Assembly (NCBI RefSeq): GCF_006345805.1
Contig: NC_042999.1
Span: forward strand, 33,170,001-33,234,000
Direction of reading: 5' to 3'
DNA: 64,000 nt
Source: Octopus sinensis
Lineage: Eukaryota
Shown: positions 53,247-64,000 of the stretch, piece after piece
Numbering within the stretch: the first letter of the stretch is position 1
How the letters are laid out: every line of letters begins with the position of its first letter
Translations under genes and position numbers: made by a program
Notes under the pieces: generated by a model
The model's database searches: none
Told to the model about the DNA's origin: nothing
What the model saw: the letters and a program-made list of their open reading frames with translations, nothing else

Positions 53247-54289
53247 GTAGCAACCCTATTTTGGGCGATGAGCTTAATAGATGTTGTGGTGCCCAATACT
53301 GATGAAGTGCTTATTTTATCGCTCCTAAATAGATGAAGAAGAAACCAGTTCTGAAAGTGTTTGAACTCCATGCCTAAAGACATGTAAACCCAGGCCTGTT
53401 TTTTGTTACGCGACTGGCACTACCTCTCACTAGTTGATCATATTCGGAAAGCCTGGTGTGTATCTAAAATTCAAAATATATAACTTCTAAGTCCAAATTG
53501 TATAATTCTCCATTCACTGTCCTGAGTGAAGCGAGGATTTTATATTTTATTTCATGATGAACAGTTTAAGTATTTTGCACCGGTGTATTATAGAAAGATT
53601 TCCTGGCAAAGCATTAATATTATAATCCACCATCTGCTACATCATAAAGATTTGGCTTCAACGCACAAATTATATTTCATATTCTGTAATATCGAAGGGG
53701 GAATTTATTCAACTGATTTATATAGTAGAAATTTAATTCAATTAATTAGTTCATTCAGTGAAAATAAATTATCCCTGATGGGATCAGACACGACATTATC
53801 TTAGGTGTATTAATTACTTTGAAGACGATTAATTATCTGAATGCGAATTAATTATGTATTTATGACACACGACATATGTTTGCATCTTTATTATTAATGG
53901 GTGCCTTTATATAGTTCACAATAAGTAGTCCAAGATATTCCACAAAAATATGTTAACTATAAAATAAGGTCTCATTAATGCAGTATTGTATCATTCTTTT
54001 TCATTTATATCAGAGTGCATGGTGAGTGGGCGTATACGATCCTGGGTATATTATTCTCAATATAGTATAGGGTTCAATATAAAAATAGGGCAAACTTTAA
54101 ACACTAGTCAGATAGGAAGACAGCTGCGGCATAAGCCACGTCTTGACCTTATGAAAATCAGTGTAAATGTAAAACTGATTAAAGCTTCAAATACTTTAAT
54201 AAAAAATATTTTGACTATTCTCAGTGCATTTTCCACTATTTTTCCTATATTTCTACCCGTGTGGAATTATATTTTTCTTTTCTATATAT

Positions 54290-54960
54290 ATACCACAAAA
54301 TCCCGACCAAAGCACAAACACGTTCAACCAAGAGATACTAAAAGTACTGAAAGACATCTCCTCCAGCATCACAGTGTTATCCAACACAATTGACGAGATA
54401 CAGACCTACACCAAGGAAACGCTTGAAGAAGGAAGACAAACGGAAGAAATAGCAATTGTCCAAATCCTCAATCAGTTATAAAGAACTATAGAAACAGCGA
54501 TGCTCCAGAAATAGGAGCAAAAATGGAAAGCTGAACGAGATAACATCAACCTGCAAAGAGAAATCTCTGCAATCGAAAACACTATTAAACGTATATGGCA
54601 CCCAAACTTCACAGCCTGTAAATTTGACTTTTGGATCTACAATAAAAATAATAGCAAAGCAGACATATATGAAAAATGGCTTATTTCAACACCGGTTATC
54701 CTCCCAAAGTAACCACAAATGAACCAGAAGAGGAACAAAAACGTAGAGAAAAGAGGGTTCCCGACAAATTCAGATTGGATACTCCGCTATTATGGCTTGG
54801 AGAAAACTTCAACGAAGAAAAATTCAGAACGATTGATGCACAAATCCAAACAGAAATTTCAATAACATCCGTAGGTCGGAAAAACAATATTAAACTTTGG
54901 GAAGAAAATTTTGAACACGGGAGATTAACATCTCTTCAACGTGGGGGAGAAGTGCTCTTT
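54290..54960 (+). mobile_element. Decayed coding-like retroelement fragment (possibly the N-terminus of a Penelope-like ORF)
   Basis: A-rich frameshifted ORF pieces (EILKVLKDISSSI...; FWIYNKNNSKADIYEKW; NEPEEEQKRREK...KFRTIDAQIQTEI...LWEE). The family assignment is tentative. Confidence 0.35.
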
Positions 54961-55516
54961 CGTTCTCGAATTCTGAATCTCATTTTCAAAACGAGTACTC
55001 TACTGAGAACCCAATTCTAAAGAAAGTTAAAATCCACAAACCCCATTAGCAACTGATTAATCACACACCTAATTTTGGATATCATATCACCAACTCCATA
55101 AGAACGCAAAAGACTAATTCGATAACAAAACAATCCAACCAAAACAATTGAATTTTTCCTTCCGACTGGACTAAACTTCCCCCAAGTCATACACAGTCGG
55201 TAGTTATGTTGCAGCAACCGGAAAGTATTTGACTGCGGATGTAGTACAAGTGAGATTAGTGAAATTTGAGGAGAAATGATTGAAGTAGTTTAAGGAACTC
55301 ATTACAAAGGAGGGTACAATCCTGAGGCTGACCCCCGCCTAAAGAAGTGGAAGAGAAAACGACGAAACGGACAGCAGTCAATAGAACGCTGTCCACAGCA
55401 ACTAAAATGGTAGAAATAGCTACGGTGGAATCACTAGAGGAATGTCTGAAGGACATAAAGGAACTCACGACATTCTATACTAGAGGAAAGAAGTACGGCA
55501 CAGTGGAGATTCGGTT

Positions 55517-55577
<61 letters not shown>

Positions 55578-55670
55578 ATATATATTATATGTATATATAT
55601 ATTATATATATATATATATAATATATATTATATATATATGTGTATATATATGTATATATATATGTATATA

Positions 55671-55721
<51 letters not shown>

Positions 55722-56295
55722 ATTACCAGTACAGCTTGCTTTCGCTGCCAAGAGCGATCGTATTTGTAAAATTAGTATCACCGTCATATTTATTCATAAA
55801 TAATTTACCCTATTTCGTTTGGTTACGTGGTGTTTGACTACTTCAAATGAATTTGCAGGATGGGGTGGTGGACATTTCAGTAGTCATTCGGTGGTGGATT
55901 TGGCTGAGGTGAATCAGGCATCGTTTGGCGTTAAATTCGAAATCATGATATCAAATTAACCAGCACTAAAGTTGCTGACCTACATGAGGTAATACGATAT
56001 TATTCTTGAATGAAATTCTTCTCTATCCTGCGTGTTTTAATTTTGTGACTATTCCCTGGCATAGAAGTCTTTTTGACTAATATTTTGAGCAAAGCAGGTG
56101 CTCATGCAGTGTCATTCTTCGCAAGCCACTACACATTCTATATTTTTTCTCCTTGAATTTTTTTCTGTGTTCTTTTCAGTCGAAGAGAGTAGGCTCGAAA
56201 CGTTAAATACTTTTTCACTTCCCGAGCGTTATACTAATACATCTGTTTGTTGTCTACACCTGTATTCGTCTTCCGTTTTTTTTATTCTCCCCATA

Positions 56296-56700
56296 TACTC
56301 TTTTACTCTTTTACTTGTTTCAGTCATTTGACTGCGGCCATGCTGGAGCACCGCCTTTAATCGAGCAACTCGTCCCCGGGACTTATTCTTTTGTAAGCCC
56401 AGTACTTATTCTATAGGTTTCATTTGCCGAACCGCTAAGTGACGGGGACGTAAAAACACCAGCATCGGTTGTCAAGCAATTCTAGGGGGACAAACACAGA
56501 CACACAAACACACACATGCATATATATATACATATATACGACGGGCTTCTTTTCAGTTTCCGTCTACCAAAACCACTCACAAGGCTTTGGTCGACCCTAG
56601 GCTATAGTAGAAGACACTTGCCCAAGGTGCTACGCAGTGGGACTGAACCTGGAACCATGTGGCTGGTAAGGAAGCTACTTACCACACAGCCACTCCTGCG

Positions 56701-56702
<2 letters not shown>
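56296..56702 (-). mobile_element. SINE family B
   Basis: Full reverse-complement copy from the ggcgcaggagtggctgtgtggtaag head to the (gtaaaaga)n tail. Confidence 0.92.
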
Positions 56703-56786
<84 letters not shown>

Positions 56787-56787
56787 G

Positions 56788-57200
56788 AAAAAAAACAAGT
56801 CAAAATAGAAAATGCTAAAATAATTTATAAAGAACATTTCAGTACCGGTTTCGGTCATTTTGAGACCTTTTCAACTGTAACGATTAAATAATTTAATTTA
56901 GAAAGATTGAGAGAAAAGTGTTTTTAAAGGAATATTTGTATAGTGTTCAAATATAAGTGGCATTCTGCCATTCTCTGTCTCCCTTGTTTGCACTTGTGTG
57001 TTCGAGGCCGTTGTGAATTCTTGGTAGGGTAGAAGAAGAAGAAGGTTGATGAGGAGAGGGGGTGGAAAAATTTGGAAGTGCCTTGATGGTCGTATTTCGA
57101 ATGGTCAGTGGCGGCTAGCAGTTGCAGTTCAATTCAGGAGAATATTTCTATTGAAAGGTTTGTTTATGGAATTTGCGTAGATGTTATACTAAAAAGCATT
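56788..57200 (-). mobile_element. 3' end of a Penelope-like element: remnant of the GIY-YIG C-terminus followed by a pLTR
   Basis: The minus strand reads LRKFHKQTFQ*KYSPELN, resembling the R...E..FI....P.LN end of PLE endonucleases. It is followed by the repeat shared with 50608-50840. Confidence 0.65.
56836..56880 (-). ncRNA. Minimal type I hammerhead ribozyme motif, U3-A8 variant
   Basis: Minus strand ttacag-TTGAAAA-GGTC tcaaaat GACC-GAAA-CCGGTA-ctgaaa, with palindromic ACCGGT stem III. Confidence 0.72.
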
Positions 57201-57231
57201 AGTGATAAAGTTAAGAGGTAGAAGGTGGAGA

Positions 57232-57372
57232 AAAGAAGAAGAAGAAGAAGAAGAAGAAGAAGAAGAAGGAGAAGGAGGAGAAGAAAAGAAGATGATGATG
57301 ATGAAGATGAAGAAGAAAAGAAGAAGAAGAAGAAGAAGAAGAAGAAGAAGAAGAAGAAGAAAAAAAAAAAAA
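57232..57372. repeat. (GAA)n/(GAT)n microsatellite plus an A tract
   Basis: Seen directly in the sequence. Confidence 0.95.
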
Positions 57373-57391
57373 ATATATATTAATATATATA

Positions 57392-57598
57392 TAAAACCGC
57401 AAATATTACAGGATCTTTCTTCTCGAATTTTCGCGTAAACAGACGTTGAATATAGTGTTGGTGAGGAAACATTTGTTACTCATGATTTAAAATATTGGAA
57501 TAATTTTCGTTGCCTTACCATATTTGTTTGTATGTGATTCAACGCCTGTTTACGCGAAAATTCTAGAAGAAAATATCTTGTAATATTTGCGGTTTTAG
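57392..57598. repeat. Inverted repeat (~60-bp arms, ~85-bp spacer), MITE-like
   Basis: taaaaccgcaaatattacag...cgcgtaaacagacgttgaat pairs with attcaacgcctgtttacgcg...tgtaatatttgcggtttta. Confidence 0.8.
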
Positions 57599-57717
57599 AC
57601 ATTGGATTTGCACTTCATCAGCCTTGCATGAAAGGTGTGCAATTACATTGTACCCCCTTGAGAAATGTTTTCTTAGTAATATGTATATATATATATATAT
57701 ATAATATATATATATAA

Positions 57718-58334
57718 AATTTCAACAATTGAAGGTAAAATTAATTAGTTATTAATCAATTTCACCAAGTATTCAGTATGTAAAAGGACCATTTAAGGCG
57801 AATTCACAATATTACATTATATAAAAGGGCTTAGTAAAATAATTACTTTGCCACATACTGAACTCATTAGAAATAGCAGCCAAAAAAGTTTTTTACTATT
57901 TCTACTTCAGAAAATTTCTCTCTCAGATAGTGCTTACTCAGAATACCCACGAAGGTATGGGGGTAAAAAACATTAAAAAATCACAGGTGCAAAGATTATT
58001 TGAGAACGTTACGTTTTCTATATCAGCCAAATAAAATTCGACATTTCTTTCGTCAGCCCAAAATTTCTTAATTTGGATTTGGAAACACTGAAAGTAGGAA
58101 CATACCCTTTTGGCGACTTAACACCTCAGATGACCCGTTCAAACTGACAGTGCCAACAAATTCAAAATATGCAAGCGAAGAATTCCTGCTCTCCCCCCCA
58201 CCACCACCACCACGTGGGCTAAACTAGCAAACACCATATTTTAGCGGTGAAAACCGAGGCAATAAACAGAGAGAAATGAATTATAATTTCAACAATTGAG
58301 GGTAAAATTAATTAGTTATTAATCAATTTCACCA
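57718..58334. mobile_element. Terminally redundant element (567-bp period, 50-bp direct repeat) between microsatellites
   Basis: aatttcaacaattga(a/g)ggtaaaattaattagttattaatcaatttcacca at 57718-57767 and 58285-58334. Confidence 0.6.
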
Positions 58335-58496
58335 TGTGTGTGTGTGTGTGTTTGTATTTATGTATGTTTGTGTGTGTATACATATTTATACACACACATA
58401 TATATATGTATATATATATATATATATATATACATTCATATATATTCATATATATGTGTATATATATTTGTATGTATATATACACACATACAGACA

Positions 58497-58560
<64 letters not shown>

Positions 58561-60280
58561 TTTTACGTATTTTTCCCTAAGATCAAATGAACAATGTTTA
58601 ACTGAAGAATCACAAATCATATTTATTAAATTCTCTATTCATATTTCAACATGATACTGTAAGTCATATCAAATTTGAATTTTAATATTATCAATATTCA
58701 CCGGTTGGATCAATTCCACGCGGTTATTCTTTTATGAAATCCCATTTTATTTTCATATATTTAATATATTTCAACCATTATTTTATTAATTATTTATACA
58801 TCCACATCGACAAACGGGCACGTAGATATGACTATGCGTATCCTTACATTTGGAATTATGTGTGTGTGTGTGTTTGTGTGTGTGTTTTTCTGGACGTGTT
58901 TGTATGTGATTATGTGTGTGTGTTTTGTTTAAGCTATTTTACTAATGCCACCGATGTATTAATCGCTATTATGTATAAATCATGGAGTATGAAACGCTAA
59001 GAAATATATTTCATTGTTATTGTCTAATATAGATTTACAACGATCTATACATCATAACAGACCTTTCTGCCACATAATCTATAAACGCTTTCAATTTCCG
59101 TGACAAGAATCACAATTTATTGTTTATTCATAGCATGCGAATCCTTCACAATAGAAGATATGGAAGAACTCAGTTATAAACGTGATATAGGAATTTACAA
59201 TGATTTACAAGTATCAGTTAGGTTTACGAGATAAATCATTTATTAATATGTGCGAATATGGCATCGGTGAACATCATAGCGCCGACGATACACAGTTTCG
59301 ACTATCCAATTTGAGAAGGAACTCACCCGTAAACGTGTCAAATCTCAGATAAAATGGGTAAAGCGATGACGTTGATGTGAGTGAACGATTATTTCTCGTC
59401 AACGTATGTCAATATATTGATGTGATATAATTAAACTAATTAATTGTGGATGTGATGGAGAAGTAATCGTATTTTTGTTTAGAGGTTATTCACTTTTGCA
59501 AACATTTCTACACAGTTATTGTTATTAAACAAAGAGGCACATTTCCATATCTATATTACAGATTAATGAAAATGAATGCAAAACCATTTCATTTACAGTA
59601 TTCAATAATTGAGTTAACATTAACTTTAACTATTAATCATTTATTGAAATGAAAATCACCTTATATTATACTTGATGTTATACAATACCCATGGATAGAA
59701 TTATATTTACATCAAATATACTGCGATGACTCTAAGTTTAAATCATTCTATGGTGTCATAAGGACAGAACAAAACAAAAGGGACATGGGATGTATAAGAA
59801 CGATCAACAAATATTGACAGATAAATATTCATTTCTAATATACGCATAAAACCTGAAATTTCGGGGAAAAGGATAAGTTGATTACTTTGACGGCAGTTGT
59901 TGGCTAGTCTTATCTTATTAACTCCAAAAGGACTAATAGTTGTACGAGATGTCGCTATGCAATTTCCCCGGCGTAGTTAATGTTCTTACAGCTCTTTTCT
60001 CTATTATTAATACGTGAAAACATGAGAAAATACAAATAGCATTATGAAACATAAAGCCTCTTGACAATGTATGGAATAAGAATGAGTAATCTCTAACACT
60101 TTCAAATACTTAATTTTTTAAGCCTGTTTTACAACACTTCGCATTATATGTTTCATAAATATATTTGTATATGGTATTTATCAAATAGATCTCTGATGCA
60201 CAGTATCAACATTTATTTCTGTATTTTATCGTGTATTTTAAACTGTTAAAATTATCGCGGTAAAAAGTTAAGAACTGCTG

Positions 60281-60585
60281 TGATTACGTGATCACGTGAC
60301 CGACCTGGCTATCAGATGTTGCTACACATCGCTGGTCACAATGTGCTTCGCATTGTTTTAGCCTTCAAATGACGCTAACCCGCTGGCTAAGCGAGCAGGC
60401 CAATAGAAGGAACAGTGAGAGGAAGTTTTGGCGAAGGTACAGCAGAGATCGCCACCCCCACTGCCGGAACCTCGTGGAGCTTTAGGTGTTTTCACTCAAT
60501 AAACACTCACTACACCCGGTCTAAGAATCGAAGCCATGATCCTACGACCGAGAGACTCCTGCCCTAAACACTGGGTCATTGCGCC
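60281..60585 (-). mobile_element. tRNA-derived SINE family C
   Basis: Minus-strand tRNA-like head ggcgcaatgacccagtgtttagggc...ggcttcgattc and a tail of tcacgtga repeats. Confidence 0.8.
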
Positions 60586-60859
60586 TCAGCTGTGTGATAT
60601 ATATATAAAAATTGAGGAATTGTAGTACAATTCCTCCTTTTAGACAACTAATGCAAGCCTTCAGATATAAAATCTATTTCATTCATAATCTTAATATTTT
60701 GCATTTATGATCACCATTTGTGCTGTGGTACCCATGCAAGTGTAAAATACATTTCGACACACATGTCACAAGGCGTACATGTTTCATACATGCATAAATA
60801 CATATATATATATATATTATATATATACACTTTGTTCTCTTTTATATATTTTTTTTTTT

Positions 60860-61424
60860 TTAGTTTCAGCTCATGAGCTGTGGCCATTTGGTGTTGCTAC
60901 ATGATTTTACTTCACGAATGTTTTTTAGCAACTGCTATTTGGTGCATGAGAGAGTTCGATGCAGCTGCCCTCATATGCACCTCCTGCCGTGAAGTTGGTT
61001 CATCTGGGATACCTGACAAGAAGAGATCCAGTTTCATTTTAAAGACATCTGCATCCACCCCATGCAGGTCTCTTAGGTTCTTCGGGAGGATATTGAAGAG
61101 CTGTGGGCCTCGGAAGCTCAGACTATCACAGTATCTTGTCCTACATCTTGATGGCAAATTTGGAGTACTTGGCACTATGCAGTGGCGCCCAGTTCTGGCT
61201 TTTGTGTAACTCTCGATGCTAAAGTTTGGGACAAATCCTTCTAGGATCTTCCAGATGTATATTATGGCATATCTTTCTCGCCTACGCTCTAAGGAATAGG
61301 GTCTCAATCTCTTGAGTCTTTCCCAATAGCTTATATGCTGCACAGAGGCTATCTTCTTCGTGTAGCTTCGCTGGATCGCCTCAAGTTCTGTGATTAACTT
61401 GACACTGGATTGTGACCATAGCTG
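60860..61424 (-). mobile_element. 5'-truncated CR1/L2-group LINE 3' end with an open reading frame
   Basis: QLWSQ...LEAIQRSYTKKI...SYWERLKRLRPYSLERRRERYAIIYIWKILEG.VPN...GPQLFNILPKNLR...FKMKLDLFLSGIPDEP, followed by a short UTR and an A-rich tail. Confidence 0.88.
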
Positions 61425-62574
61425 ATATATATATATATGTAATAATATATAATATCCCATTATATAATTGTATAATATATATATATATATTATATAGAAT
61501 TACATAATGTGATATTATATATTATTACATATACATATATATATATGCGCACACACACACACACATACACACACACAGAATTGTATACAGTTATACATAA
61601 ATGCACGGAAGTTAGCCTACTTATATGCTGAAAATAGACGTCAAATACTATCAGCCAGTTCAGTTCTTCTCTTCATATACAGGCAGTTTGAAAGCAGGAA
61701 AACGAACAAACTAATCATTCCTGAAATAATTCAGATTGTTTGAGATTGGGCAATTTCTGGATTAGTTTTATAACTTTTCCTTCATTAGCAAAACATACTA
61801 AGCAAAATATATGAAAATAATTCTCCATACCCACAGAAAAGCACACAGTAACTGCTATTACATACAAATAATCACAAATATGAACGTATCGAATTTCACA
61901 GTTGACATCAATTCGTGTGTATTTGGTCAGAATATATGCTGGCCACTCATACAATTCATTAATTTTAATGGTATTCTCCTTTATTTTTAAATGTCACCCG
62001 TTCACTTCGCGACAGCTTATTTACTTCTGCATTATTCTGAATTCTAACAAAATACACACTCGCTGAGGTGAATTCTCAAATTCGATGCTTTGTTCTATCC
62101 AAGCCAAATGATAACAAATGAAATCTATAGCGAAAATCTTGAACGGCGTATGTCAGTGCTAGAAGGAAAAGGAAAATATTTGGTTTCAAGATGAAAGGTG
62201 TTCTTCTATTAGGATATTACTTGGTGACATACAACGAGGATGGCATGCCAATGGATGTAGCATTTTGAATGGAAAACGGTGCTCCAGCCACCATATCCAT
62301 GGGGCATTGCCTCAGTTAATTATCATTTATTCCGTAGCGTTCAAAATCCTTTCGACGGAGAACAATATGAATTCTGTAGACGAGGTCAGAAAAGTACTGG
62401 AGGAGTGCTTTTCGTTAGGGACACGTGGATGTACGTACACTGCTGCTGTATATAGATATTAGTAGCATAATGGCCACAGAGTACATGTAGATTGTCGAAT
62501 CAACATATTTACATATCTACAAAAGTATGAAACATTGGTGTATATCTATATATATTTATACATCTGTATGTATG

Positions 62575-62609
<35 letters not shown>

Positions 62610-62701
62610 GCGTGTGTGTGTGTTTGCGTATGTGTGTGAGTATGTGTGCATGTGTGTGCGTGTATGTGAATGTGTGTCCGTGCGTGCGTGCGTGTGTATA
62701 T

Positions 62702-62734
<33 letters not shown>

Positions 62735-62889
62735 AATGTATGTATATGAATTTATAAACATATATATTTTATATATATGCATATATATATGTGTGTGTGT
62801 GCGTGTACATAGCACTTACACAATGATCTATTGGTTTAGATCATTAGTGAATTTAACCCTTCCTATACTTATATATATATATATATGTC

Positions 62890-62973
<84 letters not shown>

Positions 62974-63362
62974 TATATTTAAAGAAGGAGAATGCACAAC
63001 ATTACATAGATTTAATATAGTGTTTATATACCTTTTATTTTGTTTGTCGTCCGTTTTCGCTTTCACTATTCATGACATTAAAATTTCTTAAGAAAATAAG
63101 AATTTAAATAAATTTTCATTATTAGTGTAAGCGAATCTGTATGTAGGTGTGCACTTATGTATGTAAGGATGACGTGGTTCAGGACATTCTACGTTTACTG
63201 AGTTGACATTAGCCTACCGATAGCTAACAGAAATTATAATTTTCCAATCTCCACTTCGATGCTGTCAGATTTTCTAATTGCGATTTCTAAGCTAAGGTCT
63301 GAACCACACATTGTTATATCACACATATCTCTCAAAGTTAAAATAGGCTGTAAATTTCCTCA

Positions 63363-63365
<3 letters not shown>

Positions 63366-63420
<55 letters not shown>
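63366..63420. repeat. (CT)n microsatellite; many (TA)n, (TG)n and (TATG)n tracts also occur, e.g. 36625-36965, 47075-47480, 48200-48450, 55520-55720, 62550-62980
   Basis: Seen directly in the sequence. Confidence 0.95.
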
Positions 63421-63424
<4 letters not shown>

Positions 63425-64000
63425 CAGTGCCTACACCATATAATACGTTCAATCAACATTGATAATATAGTACCTATTCACGTATACGAATTCTATTTAC
63501 TACCTATCTGAAACATTCAAATTTTGAGGTATGTGATATTTAAATCCACTCATCAATATCTCCCCTCTTCTATGCAACTTAATATTTTTCTTTGAATATT
63601 CCTTTACAAACAAACATTTGTTATTAAACATTGTCTCTTTATTGGAAATATGTTTGTTTTTGTACAGTGTCGTTACTGCAAACAGAGATTTTAAAGTTGT
63701 TTTTGTCACGTTCATTGCAAAATTTGTTTAAAAATAGCAAATTTCCTCGAGGCATTGCCTTAATTAAATCAAATTCATTATTCGCCGAATATTTTACCGG
63801 ATGGTAAAGATGACTCTGCTATTTTGATGTTTCACTAGTGTCAAATAAATTGAAGTTTTCGGATATTGTTTAAAAAATCTGAATAAAAACAACCGGATTA
63901 AAATATTAATACAGGTGTCTGTTAAAAGTTTACTAATTATTGTAACGTCATGAATATATTTTTGCTTTATTTTCATGTCTAGTTTTGATTAAGGATCTTT

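Noticed and set aside
53290-53360. CTGATGA followed by GAAACCAGTT
   Set aside because: There is no credible stem II or stem I pairing adjacent to the core.

Overview
This is AT-rich, microsatellite-dense animal DNA. Its SINE, LINE and Helitron repeats resemble those of octopus/cephalopod genomes (an inference). Positions 1-22000 are a head-to-tail array of a ~7.3-8.3 kb unit (one partial and two complete copies) made almost entirely of transposon debris. The array junction lies inside a non-autonomous Helitron, and the copies are mosaic. Just downstream is the only convincing host-like gene: an intronless 340-aa ORF (22643-23665, +) with a signal peptide and 17 Cys, preceded by a perfect CRE palindrome and an E-box. 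A decayed autonomous Helitron (Rep/PIF1 helicase) and a near-complete IR/DR Tc1 (DD34E) element follow. The remaining ~35 kb is non-coding and contains SINEs, LINE fragments, AT-rich palindromes and several Penelope-like/retrozyme-like repeats with type I hammerhead-ribozyme motifs. One motif sits in a terminally redundant ~445-bp unit, and two copies carry a compensatory U3-A8 core. Most ORFs in the track are microsatellite artefacts.
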